Notes under the pieces: model-generated | The model's database searches: none | What the model was told of the DNA's origin: nothing | What the model saw: only the letters and a program-made list of their open reading frames with translations | Origin: Vicinamibacterales bacterium | GTDB lineage: Bacteria > Acidobacteriota > Vicinamibacteria > Vicinamibacterales > UBA8438 | Length of the DNA stretch: 64,000 bases | Direction of reading: 5' to 3' | NCBI GenBank assembly: GCA_965203565.1 | Contig: OZ241896.1 | Coordinates: 553,707 to 617,706 of the forward strand | Translations under genes and position numbers: made by a program | Shown here: positions 24,536 to 33,808 of the stretch, piece after piece | Numbering within the stretch: position 1 is the stretch's first letter | Layout of the letters: every line of letters begins with the position of its first letter

Positions 24536-26932
24536 ATGGCGAAAGCGCTCGTCATCGTCGAATCGCCGGCCAAGGCCAGGACGATCAACAAGTACCTGGG
24601 CAAGGACTTCAAGGTCGTGGCCTCCATGGGGCACGTCCGCGATCTGCCCAGGAGCAAGCTCGGCGTCGACGTCGACACGGGGTTCGCGCCCGAATACGTC
24701 GTCATCCCGGAGCGGAAGAAAGTGATCAGAACGTTGCGCGACGCCGCCCGGAACATCGACCGCGTCTACGTCGCGACCGACCCGGATCGCGAGGGCGAAG
24801 CGATCGGCTGGCATCTCGCGAAGGAGCTCGGCGCCGGCAAGCGGCGCGTCAGCCGCCTGACGTTCAACGAGATCACCAGCGCCGCGGTGCGCGCCGCGCT
24901 CGAACGGCCGGTCGAGATCGATCAGCGCATGGTCGACGCCCAACAGGCGCGCCGGGTGCTCGATCGGCTCGTCGGGTACAAGCTGAGTCCGCTGCTCTGG
25001 GACAAGGTGCGGCGCGGCTTGTCGGCGGGCCGCGTGCAGTCGGTGGCGCTCAAGCTGGTCTGCGACCGCGAGGACGAGATCGACCGGTTCGTCCCGAAGG
25101 AGTACTGGCGCATCACGGCCCGGCTGGCGGGGCGCGCGCCTCCGGAGTTCAGCGCGCGGCTCGTCAAGAAGGGCGGCAACGCCCTCGAAATCGGCGGCGA
25201 AGCCGAAGCGAAGGCGGTGCTCGCCGGGCTGGACGGGGCGGCCTGGATCGTCGATTCGGTCGTGACGAAGGAGCGCAAGCGGCGCCCCGCGCCCCCGTTC
25301 ATCACCAGCAAGCTCCAGCAGGCCTCGCGGTTCCCGGTCAGGCGGACGATGCAGATCGCCCAGCAGCTTTACGAAGGAATCGAGCTGCCCGGCGAAGGCT
25401 CGGCCGGGCTGATCACGTACATGCGGACCGACTCCACCCGGATCGCCGAGCAGGCGCTGGGCGAGGTTCGCAAGCACGTCGCCGCGGAGTTCGGCGCCGA
25501 GTACCTGCCGGCGCAGCCGAACCGGTACCGCGCGAAGAAGGACGCCCAGGACGCGCACGAGGCGATCCGGCCGACCGCGGTCGATCGGACCCCGGCAAGC
25601 CTGCAGCCGCATCTGAGCCGGGAGCAGCACTACCTGTACCGCCTGATCTGGAGCCGCTTCGTCGCGTCCCAGATGCCGCCCGCCACGTTCGACGACACGA
25701 CGGTGGAGATCGCCGCCGGCGAGTACCGGTTCCGGACCAAGGGGTCGGTGCTGAAGTTCGACGGCTGGATGGCGGCCTGGGGCGGGGCCGCCGCCGCGGC
25801 CGCCCCGGCGCCGGCCGGCGGCGAGGAGGACGACGCGTCGAAGCCGTTGCCGCCGCTCGAGAAGGGCGATCGCCTGACGCTGAAGGCGCTGACGCCGGAG
25901 CAGAAGTTCACCCAGCCGCCGCCGCGGTTCGGCGAGGCCACGCTGGTCAAGGAACTCGAGGAGAACGGCATCGGGCGCCCCAGCACCTACGCCGCGATCA
26001 TCGGGGTTCTGCAGATGCGCGAGTACGCCGAGAAGATCGAGGGGCGGTTCAAGCCTACCCGGCTCGGCCGGCTGGTCACCCGGCTGTTGTCCGACAGCTT
26101 CGACGACATCGTCCAGGTGGCGTACACGCGCGAGATGGAAGAGCGTCTCGACCGGATCGAAGAGGGCGAGGCTGATTACGAAGGGACGATCGGCAGTTTT
26201 TACCGAACGTTCAGCACCGATCTGGAGAAGGCGGCCAGGGCGATGCCGGACGTCAAGGCGAACGGGCTGCCGAGCGACGAGACGTGCGACAAGTGCGGGA
26301 AGTCGATGGTCCTCAAGGTCGGGAAGTTCGGGATGTTCCTGGCCTGCTCCGGCTATCCCGACTGCCGGAACACGCAGGAGGTCGACAAGGCCGAGGAGCC
26401 GGCGGAAGACGTGCAGGAGAGCTGCGAGACCTGCGGCCGTCCGATGGTGGTCAAGCGGGGCAGGTTCGGGCAGTTCCTGGCCTGTTCGGGGTATCCGGAG
26501 TGCAGGACGACCCGCAAGCTGATCGCGACTTCCGGGGGGCTCGCGAGCGCGAAACCCGACCGGCCGCTCGACGAGTCGTGCCCGAAGTGCGGGAAGCGCC
26601 TCGTGATCAGGCACGGGCGGTTCGGCGAGTTCACCGCCTGCTCCAACTATCCGGCGTGCCGCTACCTGAAGCACGAGAGCACCGGCGTGGCCTGCCCGCG
26701 TGACGGCGGCGACGTCGTGGTGCGGCGGTCTCGGCGCGGCAAGGTGTTCTACGGATGCGCCAACTACCCCGACTGCGATTTCGTCGTCTGGAACAAGCCG
26801 GTTGCAGAAAAGTGCCCGGCCTGCGGCGCGGCGTTCCTGGTCGAGAAGGTGACCAGGCGCAACGGGCGTCAGGTGCAGTGCTGGAAGGACGCCTGCGACT
26901 ACGTGCGCAGCGAGGAGCTGGCCGCTGTCTAG
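24536..26932 (+). CDS. topA: DNA topoisomerase I
   Basis: The 798-aa ORF carries a TOPRIM start (MAKALVIVESPAKARTINKYLG), the active-site region GLITYMRTDS, and four C-terminal CxxC...CxxC zinc ribbons. Confidence 0.97.
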   Translation: MAKALVIVESPAKARTINKYLGKDFKVVASMGHVRDLPRSKLGVDVDTGFAPEYVVIPERKKVIRTLRDAARNIDRVYVATDPDREGEAIGWHLAKELGAGKRRVSRLTFNEITSAAVRAALERPVEIDQRMVDAQQARRVLDRLVGYKLSPLLWDKVRRGLSAGRVQSVALKLVCDREDEIDRFVPKEYWRITARLAGRAPPEFSARLVKKGGNALEIGGEAEAKAVLAGLDGAAWIVDSVVTKERKRRPAPPFITSKLQQASRFPVRRTMQIAQQLYEGIELPGEGSAGLITYMRTDSTRIAEQALGEVRKHVAAEFGAEYLPAQPNRYRAKKDAQDAHEAIRPTAVDRTPASLQPHLSREQHYLYRLIWSRFVASQMPPATFDDTTVEIAAGEYRFRTKGSVLKFDGWMAAWGGAAAAAAPAPAGGEEDDASKPLPPLEKGDRLTLKALTPEQKFTQPPPRFGEATLVKELEENGIGRPSTYAAIIGVLQMREYAEKIEGRFKPTRLGRLVTRLLSDSFDDIVQVAYTREMEERLDRIEEGEADYEGTIGSFYRTFSTDLEKAARAMPDVKANGLPSDETCDKCGKSMVLKVGKFGMFLACSGYPDCRNTQEVDKAEEPAEDVQESCETCGRPMVVKRGRFGQFLACSGYPECRTTRKLIATSGGLASAKPDRPLDESCPKCGKRLVIRHGRFGEFTACSNYPACRYLKHESTGVACPRDGGDVVVRRSRRGKVFYGCANYPDCDFVVWNKPVAEKCPACGAAFLVEKVTRRNGRQVQCWKDACDYVRSEELAAV

Positions 26933-27091
26933 CAGCCCGTGGCGAAAGTCCCCGCTGCGTTCGAGCGGCGATGCATCCCGCCTGACGGCGTTGTTCGTCG
27001 GTTGCGTATGCCCAATATGCGCCCTCCTCACGCCTTGTCAGCCGGGCGCCTCACCGCTCTCGGCGCGACGCGGGGATTCCACCACGGGCTG
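26933..27091 (+). mobile_element. 159-bp TIR element, copy 2, TSD CTAG
   Basis: The element begins immediately after the topA TAG stop. CTAG at 26929-26932 is repeated at 27092-27095. It has the same TIRs and interior as copy 1, with a few substitutions. Confidence 0.85.
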
Positions 27092-27099
27092 CTAGCCGG

Positions 27100-27204
27100 C
27101 AGCCCGCGCAGGAAAGCCCCGCTGCATTCGACGGGCGCTGAATCCCGGCTGAACGGCCTTGTCAGCCGGGCGCCCCGCCCGTGTTTCGAGCCGCCGCGCG
27201 GTCA
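27100..27204 (+). repeat. Internally deleted, diverged derivative of the TIR element
   Basis: It shares CAGCCCG.G..GGAAAG.CCCGCTGCATTCGA...CCTTGTCAGCCGGGCGCC with the full element but lacks the central ~42 bp. CCGG is present on both sides (27096-27099 and 27205-27208). The 3' boundary is uncertain. Confidence 0.5.
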
Positions 27205-29034
27205 CCGGTCGATCAGCGCGAACGTCAGGATCACGTCGCCGGCGGGGACCGTCACGTACTGCACGCCGTTCACCTGGTAGGTCAACTGCGACGCGCTGAC
27301 GCCGGCGCCGGTGTGGAAGCGCCAGAGCAGCTCGCCGGTCGCGGCGTCGAGGGCGACGAACGCGCCGAGGCGCTCGGCGGTGAACACCAGCCCTCCGGCG
27401 GTGGCGAGCGTGCCGGCGGACGGCCCGCCCTCGATCGCGGTGCGCCAGATCAGCTCCCCGGTCGCCGGGTCGTACGCCGAGACGTTGCCGCGCGCCGGGG
27501 CGGCCGACAGGCGGCGGCCGGCGGTGCTGAACTGGCCGGGCCGGAGGGTGTCGCCGACCGGGATGGCGGTCATGAAGATCGGGAAGTCGCGCCCCGCCAC
27601 GTACAGCAGGCCGGTCCCCGGGTGGAACGCGCTGACGCCGTAGTGCACCCCTTCGCGCGGCGCGTGGAGCGCGCCGTCGAGGGTCGGCGGCGTGTAGAAC
27701 GGCAGCTTCGGGTACGAGCCGAACTGCGGGTAGACGTTCTCCGTGGGGAACTGCTCGGCCAGCGGGACCATCGGCTCGCCGGCGGCGGTGTGCGGAATCG
27801 GCTGGGTCGGCCAGGGCTCCTCGCCCGGCGTCTCGGTGTCGGTCGGCACCGGCGTCTCCACTATCGGGTTGATCGGCTCGCCGGTCTCCCGGTCGAGGAT
27901 GTACAACAGGCCGTTCTTGTTGCCGGCGGCCGTCATCGGCGTCGTTCGGCCGTCGATCGCGACGTCGAAGAGCGTCGGCTGCTGACCCGCGTCGTAGTCC
28001 CAGAGGTCGTGGTGGATCTGCTGGTAGTACCACTGGATCCGGCCCGACCGCAGGTCGAGCGTCACGAACGCGTTCGTGAACAGGTTGATCCCCTTGCGCG
28101 CCGATCCGTCCTGGTCGGGCGACGGGTTGGCGACCGTGAGATGCACGGTGTCGGTCGCGGGATCTATCGCCGGCGTCCCCCAGACGCCGCCGCCGTGCCG
28201 CACGCCGCCGACCCACGTGTCCCCGGCGATCTCCCAGCCCTGGTCCTCCGGGCCCTGCGGAATGGTGACGAACGTCCACAGCAGCTCGCCCGTCCGGCCG
28301 TCGAGGGCGAGGACGACGCCGCCCGGGATGTGGCTCTCGCTCAGCGCCGTCCCGACGACGACGACGCCGTCGTGGTACTGCGGCGCCATGTTGTAGCGGT
28401 ACCCCCAGGCGGTCGCGTTTTCCCCGAGTCCGTCCGTGGTCAGCGCGTCGTCCATCTCCGGATGCCGGGCCCGCAGCACGTCGGTGAGCGCGTGGGACGT
28501 CCCGCCGCGGCCGAAGCCGGCCACGAACTCGCCGGTGCGGGCGTCGAGCGCCATCACGCGGGTGTCGTCGGCGGTGTAGATCGTCCCGTCGCCGTACGTC
28601 GCGCCGCGCGTGCCGCTCGCCTCCCCGTTGCGCCATACGGGACGCCCCGTCGCGGCGTCGAGCGCCGCCACGCTGTCCGGCGTCGTCAGGTACATCACGC
28701 CGTTCGCCACGATCGGCGCCGCCCGGCCGCTGGCCGAGTGGTGCAGCCAGCGGACGGCGAGCGATCGCACGTTCGACGCGTCGATCTGGTCCAGCGGGGC
28801 GTAGCGGGAGTTCCGGACGTCGAAGTTGGGCCGGGGCCAGTCGGCGGAGGTCGCCGGATCGACCGACGGCAGCGGGACGAAGGCGTCGGCCCGGGCGAGC
28901 CGCGCGCCTCTGGCGATGTCCGCCGCCAGCTCCTCGGGCGTGCGCGGGGTCTGGCCGCCGGCCGCCGAGACGGCCAGCGCCAACCCACCCGCGGCGACTG
29001 CCGCGTTGGCGGCTGCGCTCCGCAACTTCCTCAT
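27202..29034 (-). CDS. PQQ-dependent dehydrogenase family protein (8-bladed propeller), secreted
   Basis: The ATG at 29034 gives MRKLRSAAANAAVAAGGLALAVSAAGG. WLHHS...P.V.NGVMY, HHDLWDYD, GNKNGLLYILDRETGE and repeated W-docking blades are present. The track ORF extension to 29802 is rejected. Confidence 0.8.
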   Translation of the reverse strand: MRKLRSAAANAAVAAGGLALAVSAAGGQTPRTPEELAADIARGARLARADAFVPLPSVDPATSADWPRPNFDVRNSRYAPLDQIDASNVRSLAVRWLHHSASGRAAPIVANGVMYLTTPDSVAALDAATGRPVWRNGEASGTRGATYGDGTIYTADDTRVMALDARTGEFVAGFGRGGTSHALTDVLRARHPEMDDALTTDGLGENATAWGYRYNMAPQYHDGVVVVGTALSESHIPGGVVLALDGRTGELLWTFVTIPQGPEDQGWEIAGDTWVGGVRHGGGVWGTPAIDPATDTVHLTVANPSPDQDGSARKGINLFTNAFVTLDLRSGRIQWYYQQIHHDLWDYDAGQQPTLFDVAIDGRTTPMTAAGNKNGLLYILDRETGEPINPIVETPVPTDTETPGEEPWPTQPIPHTAAGEPMVPLAEQFPTENVYPQFGSYPKLPFYTPPTLDGALHAPREGVHYGVSAFHPGTGLLYVAGRDFPIFMTAIPVGDTLRPGQFSTAGRRLSAAPARGNVSAYDPATGELIWRTAIEGGPSAGTLATAGGLVFTAERLGAFVALDAATGELLWRFHTGAGVSASQLTYQVNGVQYVTVPAGDVILTFALIDR

Positions 29035-29063
29035 CGGACTCCCTCCCCGCTCAGGCTCCGTGC

Positions 29064-30029
29064 TCACCGCACCGTGACGGTCACTTCCCGACTGCTCGCC
29101 GCCCCGCCGTCGTGCGCCAGCGCCCGCAGCACGAACGTCCCCGACGCGCCGAACGTCGCCCGCACCCGATGCCGGCCGTCCGCGGGCAGCGGCGGCGGCG
29201 CCCACCCGCGCGTCCACGGCGACCCGTGCTTGAAGTCCGGGTACGCCTTGAACGGCCGGGGGTCGAACGTCACGCGGCCGCCGTCGCCGCGGTAGACGTG
29301 CCACGCCACCCGCAGCCCCAGGGCGGCGCCCTGGAACGGGCCGCCGCGGGCCGGCTGCGGGGCGGGGACCCCGTCGTCGCCCGCCACCGCGACCAGCTCG
29401 ATCGGCTGGCCGACCGCGGCGCGGCGGCGCGCCGCGCCTTCGATCCGCACCGTCGGCGCCTGGTTGCGCTCGGTGATTCCCTGCACGTCGAAACCGGTGT
29501 GCTGCCGGTAGATGACGCGCCGGTCGAGGAGGAACTCCGGAATCAGCGCCGCGTGCGCCCGCTCGGTCTTCCCGTGCGCCGTCAGCGTCCAGACCAGCTC
29601 CCGGCCGCCGAAGTCGGCCGGTACGGTGACGCTGAAGACGTTCAGGTTGCGCCGCGGCAGGAACCAGGTCGGCTGCCCCCGGTCCGGTCCGCCCGGATCG
29701 ATCCGGTTGTCCGGGCCGATCGGAACGTGGAGATGCTCTTCGTAGTTCCGGTTGAGGTAGCCGAACAGCAGCGCGATCGTCCCGTCCGGGTTCGCCGTCC
29801 ACCCTTCGAATGACGGGGCGACGTTCTGGCCGCGCGAGTACGTGATCTGGCCGGCCGCGGCCGAGAGGACGAGCGCCGCCGAGCCCGCCGCTGCCGCCAC
29901 CGCCGCGGCGCGCCGCGGCAATCCCGCGCCCCGCGCCCGCCGGCGGCCCGCGGGGAAAGCCCGCGCGGCGCCGAGACCGGCGATGCGCCCGGCTGCCTTC
30001 GTCACGGCGCTGTCAATCGTTCTGCGCAA
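29064..30029 (-). CDS. Hypothetical secreted protein (Tat-like N-terminus, C-terminal Ig-like region)
   Basis: The 321-aa ORF sits inside the PQQ/haem operon and its start overlaps the upstream gene end. I recognise no family. The start codon is uncertain. Confidence 0.6.
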   Translation of the reverse strand: MRRTIDSAVTKAAGRIAGLGAARAFPAGRRRARGAGLPRRAAAVAAAAGSAALVLSAAAGQITYSRGQNVAPSFEGWTANPDGTIALLFGYLNRNYEEHLHVPIGPDNRIDPGGPDRGQPTWFLPRRNLNVFSVTVPADFGGRELVWTLTAHGKTERAHAALIPEFLLDRRVIYRQHTGFDVQGITERNQAPTVRIEGAARRRAAVGQPIELVAVAGDDGVPAPQPARGGPFQGAALGLRVAWHVYRGDGGRVTFDPRPFKAYPDFKHGSPWTRGWAPPPLPADGRHRVRATFGASGTFVLRALAHDGGAASSREVTVTVR

Positions 30030-31383
30030 GCCGCCGGCGGGCGGTCAGCTCTTCCTCGTACTGCTCCTCGGTCAATCCGACGAACCGCCCGAGAAAGAAG
30101 AACATGTCGTCCATCGACCGGCTGCCGAGCCCGCGCCAGTTCCGCGGCGCGATGACGTTCCGGTTCCCGGCGGAGTTGTCGTACCAGGCGATGGCGTGCA
30201 GGATCGTCCCGGCCGGCAGCAGCGGCGCGGCGTGGTCGGCGTAGTTGTACACCTTGACCCAGTTGTGGTCGTAGCCGGCGCAGGTCAGCGTCTCCCGGAC
30301 GCCGTCCGGGTACTGCGCGTTGAGGCACATCCGCCTGCCGCCCGCGTGCATGTGCGGTTCGAACGTCACCAGCTTCGACGGCCGCTTCGTCACCCCGAGC
30401 GCATCGAACCGGACGTTCTCGGCCCCCGCCGGGATGTCCAGGTCGTTGAAGGCGAGGAAGACGCCCGGCCCCGGCGCGGCGTACTTCGGCGCGTAGCCGG
30501 CCGGATGGAACTTGAAGCCGACGTCGAGCCGCGCCGTCACCTCCTCGCCGAACGCGTGGGTGTGCACCCGCCAGTGGAGGTACGACCCGGCCGGCAGCCT
30601 GATCCCCAGCCCGTCGGGGTAGCGCGTCGCGTTCTGCCCCGCCTCGTGCGTCATCATGAACGCGCCCTCGATCGGGTTGACCGGCCCCGGCGTGTCGCCT
30701 GCGCCCGGCGCCCCCGCCGTGATCCCGGCGTGGTGAATCACCGAGTAGCCGCCGGCGCCGTCCGCCCCGCCGTAGCCGCCGTCCACCCGGACCTCGTGGA
30801 CCTCGACCGCCTCGACGTACCGGTCCTCGGCCAGCCCGACCGGCGTCGACTCCCAGTAGCCGTGCCAGTCGGCCGCCACCGCCTCGACCACCTTCTCGGG
30901 CGACGAGACGATCAGATCGGGCGTCCCGATCGTCCACTCTCTGCCGTTCGGGAACTGCCGGGGCGGCGGCAGGTCGGCCGGGTCGCCGCGCGGCGCGCCG
31001 GCGTCCACCCAACGGCCGATGAGGGCGATCTCCTCGTCGCTCAGCGACGGGTCGTCCTTGAACGCCTGGATGCCGACCGTCTTCTCGATGAACCACGGCG
31101 GCATCGTGCGCGCCGCCGTCCGCACCCTGATGGCGCGCGCCCAGGGCCGCACGTCGCGGTAGGTGAGCAGCGCCATCGGCGCGCCCCCGCCCGGCCCCGG
31201 CCGATGACACCCCTGGCACGACCGCTGGAGGATCGGCGCGACGTCCTTCGTGAACGTCACTTCCGCCGCGTCCTGTTCGGCCCCCGCCGGCGCGGCCCCG
31301 AGGGCGAGCATGGCCAGCGCCGGCGCCGCTCCCGCGATTACCGCTCGAATGATCGCCGCTTCGGCGTTCGATCCGACCCGCAT
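30013..31383 (-). CDS. c-type cytochrome-domain protein (CxxCH) with His-rich C-terminal domain
   Basis: The ATG at 31383 is followed by a signal peptide and then FTKDVAPILQRSCQGCHRPG, a PSCyt-like haem c motif. Downstream, IHHAG...HWRVHTHAFG...EPHMHAGGRRM resembles the HH/HxH/M copper sites of PHM/DBH-like monooxygenases. The copper-site reading is inference. Confidence 0.7.
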   Translation of the reverse strand: MRVGSNAEAAIIRAVIAGAAPALAMLALGAAPAGAEQDAAEVTFTKDVAPILQRSCQGCHRPGPGGGAPMALLTYRDVRPWARAIRVRTAARTMPPWFIEKTVGIQAFKDDPSLSDEEIALIGRWVDAGAPRGDPADLPPPRQFPNGREWTIGTPDLIVSSPEKVVEAVAADWHGYWESTPVGLAEDRYVEAVEVHEVRVDGGYGGADGAGGYSVIHHAGITAGAPGAGDTPGPVNPIEGAFMMTHEAGQNATRYPDGLGIRLPAGSYLHWRVHTHAFGEEVTARLDVGFKFHPAGYAPKYAAPGPGVFLAFNDLDIPAGAENVRFDALGVTKRPSKLVTFEPHMHAGGRRMCLNAQYPDGVRETLTCAGYDHNWVKVYNYADHAAPLLPAGTILHAIAWYDNSAGNRNVIAPRNWRGLGSRSMDDMFFFLGRFVGLTEEQYEEELTARRRLAQND

Positions 31384-31406
31384 TCCTGCATTCCTCCCCG
31401 GCCGCC

Positions 31407-32042
31407 CTACCGGTGCTCCAGCACGCGCAGATGAACGGCGGCGACCATGTGCATGTAGCCGCCCACGCCGGCGTAGCGGTCGGCGGCGGCGGCGCGGATA
31501 TGCTCCAGCGCTTCGCCGTCCCGCCCCTGCGCCTCGTGGTACAGCCCGACGTACAGGTGAGCGTAGAACCGGCCCGAGGGGGCGTCGCCGGCGGCGGCCA
31601 GGACGTCGGCCGGCGGGAGATCGCCGCTGAACATCCGGTAGATCTCGCGCATCGGCGCGCGCGGGTCGGGGCCTGTCGGCAGCAGCGCCGCCCGGGCCGC
31701 CGCCGGCGACTCGGCCCGCGCGACGCAGAGGTAGTGCCAGGCGGCGTTCTCGACGTCGTTGGGATTCACCGTCCGGTGCGACTCGAACTGCGCGCGGCAG
31801 TCGTCGTACCGCTCCGCGTAGTAGAGCGCGATGCCGCGCTGCCACAGGTGGGGAGCCCGGTCCGGCAGCAGCTCCGCCACCTGGTCGAATCCCGCCGCCG
31901 CCGCGACGATGCCGCCGCGCTCGAAATCAACGACGGCGCGCTCGAAGATCGCCTCCGCCGCCCCCTGCGCCCGGACGGCCGGCGCCGCGGCCGACGCCGC
32001 GAAGATCACGCCCGCCGCCGCGCAGGCGCACGGCGCCTTCAC
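31407..32042 (-). CDS. Hypothetical secreted helical-repeat (TPR-like) protein
   Basis: The 211-aa product starts at a GTG overlapping the upstream stop as GTGA. The signal or lipobox-like start is VKAPCACAAAGVIFAASAAAPA. The frame is that of track ORF 31407..33314(-). Confidence 0.6.
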   Translation of the reverse strand: MKAPCACAAAGVIFAASAAAPAVRAQGAAEAIFERAVVDFERGGIVAAAAGFDQVAELLPDRAPHLWQRGIALYYAERYDDCRAQFESHRTVNPNDVENAAWHYLCVARAESPAAARAALLPTGPDPRAPMREIYRMFSGDLPPADVLAAAGDAPSGRFYAHLYVGLYHEAQGRDGEALEHIRAAAADRYAGVGGYMHMVAAVHLRVLEHR

Positions 32043-33397
32043 TGGTCGTAGTCCGCCGCCGCCAGCGACGCGCGGATCACCTCGTTGTCGTTCCGCTGCA
32101 CGACGTGCCGGTTGGCGAACGCCGGGTGGGACCAGTTCACCAGCCGGTCGAACCGGCGCTGCGGCCCGTATCCTGAGTGGGAGGTCGCTTCGAGCAGCAT
32201 CGTCCGGTCGACCTCCACGTACCCCTCGGGGGTGAAGCGCGCGATGATCAGGTATCCCTCGTCGTTGCTCACGAAGTAGCGGCCGCCCTGCCGCACCATG
32301 TAGGCGGTTCCCCAGCGCGCCTGGACGGTCATCCGGTCGCTCATCCAGAGCCGCTCGCCGGTGCGGGCGTCCAGGCCGCGCAGCTCCCCGTAGCTCCCGA
32401 CGCCGTAGACGTGGCCGGCGGTGACGATCGGCGTGGTGATGAGCGCGTGCAGCCCGTCGGTCTCGTCCGGCATCTCGCTGCGGCTGGCCCCTTTCCAGAG
32501 CACCGAGGCCGACGGCCGGTCGGTGTCGAGCCGCATCATCATCGAACCGTAGTAGAACTGGCTCACCAGCAGGTAGTCGCCGTCCCGGACCGGCGTGGCC
32601 ACGCTCATCCCGGCGCCCACCTCCCACGGCTCCTCCCAGTACGTCTCGCCCGTCTCCGGGTCGAGCGACACCAGCGCCGCCGCGTGCCAGACGATGAGCT
32701 GCCGGACGCCGCCCGCCTCGTAGATGACCGGCTGGCCGTATCCCATCTCGCCGACCACCTCCACGGCGCGCCACAGCTCGGCTCCGGTCCGCTTGTCGAA
32801 CGCGACCACCAGCGCGTCCGGCTCGCCGCCGACGATGGCGATCAGCCGGTCGCCGTCGACCAGCGGCGCGCTCGCCACTCCCCAGGTGGCGACGCTCGTG
32901 TCGTAGTCGTCGATGTAGTTCCTGCTCCAGATCAGTTCGCCCGATGCGGCGTCGACGCACCGCAGCGCTCCCGACGCGCCGACCGCGTACACCCGGTCGC
33001 CGTCCACCGTCGGGGTGGCGCGCGGCCCGATGGCGTACGACGCCTGGAGCATCCGGTACGACGTGGCCCACTCGTGGGTCCACAGCACCGCCCCGGTCTC
33101 TTCGTCGAGGGCGACCAGACGTTCGGTCCCGTCGAGCGTGCGCGACTCCGGGTCCTCCCGCCAGTCGAGGACGAAGACCCGTCCGTCCGCCACCGCCGGT
33201 CCCGCGAAGCCGGACCGGACCGGCGTGCGCCACGCCACCTTCAGGCCCGAGTCGGGAAACCGGTCGACGATCCCGGTCTCGCTCCACACCGCCAGACGGC
33301 CCGCCCCGCGCCACTGGGGCCAGTCGTCGGCCTGCGCGTGAGTTGCGCCGAAGACGACCCCCGCCGCGACGAAGGTCACAATTGCGAAACGTCTCAT
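32039..33397 (-). CDS. PQQ-like (BamB-type) beta-propeller repeat protein, secreted
   Basis: The ATG at 33397 gives MRRFAIVTFVAAGVVFGATHAQADDWPQWRG. Repeated ..A.DG.V(Y/F).... blades follow. Confidence 0.75.
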   Translation of the reverse strand: MRRFAIVTFVAAGVVFGATHAQADDWPQWRGAGRLAVWSETGIVDRFPDSGLKVAWRTPVRSGFAGPAVADGRVFVLDWREDPESRTLDGTERLVALDEETGAVLWTHEWATSYRMLQASYAIGPRATPTVDGDRVYAVGASGALRCVDAASGELIWSRNYIDDYDTSVATWGVASAPLVDGDRLIAIVGGEPDALVVAFDKRTGAELWRAVEVVGEMGYGQPVIYEAGGVRQLIVWHAAALVSLDPETGETYWEEPWEVGAGMSVATPVRDGDYLLVSQFYYGSMMMRLDTDRPSASVLWKGASRSEMPDETDGLHALITTPIVTAGHVYGVGSYGELRGLDARTGERLWMSDRMTVQARWGTAYMVRQGGRYFVSNDEGYLIIARFTPEGYVEVDRTMLLEATSHSGYGPQRRFDRLVNWSHPAFANRHVVQRNDNEVIRASLAAADYDQ

Positions 33398-33478
33398 CCG
33401 GTCACTCCTTCTCTCGCTCCGACGATCCACCGCATTCTATTCCGTTCGGCCGCGCCGCGTCGATCATCACGGGAAGGT

Positions 33479-33808
33479 ATGCTTGGCGTCATGGTTTCCC
33501 CTCTGGGCGCCGTGATTCGGGAGGCGCGGGCGCGATCCGGGTTGACGCAGGCGGAGCTCGCGAAGCGCGTCCGGATGACGACGTCCGCGATTGCGCGGTA
33601 CGAGTCGGGGCGGATCCGCCCTCGGTTCGAGACCGCGCGACGCTCGGTCGAAGCGTGCGGTTTCGAGTTGCGCATGGAAGTGGCGCCGCCGAGTTCCCAG
33701 CGCCGCGCTGCGGCCGATGCGGCGCTCGGCCGCAGCGTGGAAGACCGCCTGCGGACGAACGACTCTTTCACGCAGCTCGCCACCCGGCTCCGCCATGGGC
33801 GACCCTGA
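33479..33808 (+). CDS. XRE-family helix-turn-helix protein (antitoxin-like)
   Basis: The 109-aa product carries IREARARSGLTQAELAKRVRMTTSAIARYESGRIRP, a classic HTH_XRE. Its 3' end overlaps the next gene by 14 nt. Confidence 0.8.
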   Translation: MLGVMVSPLGAVIREARARSGLTQAELAKRVRMTTSAIARYESGRIRPRFETARRSVEACGFELRMEVAPPSSQRRAAADAALGRSVEDRLRTNDSFTQLATRLRHGRP

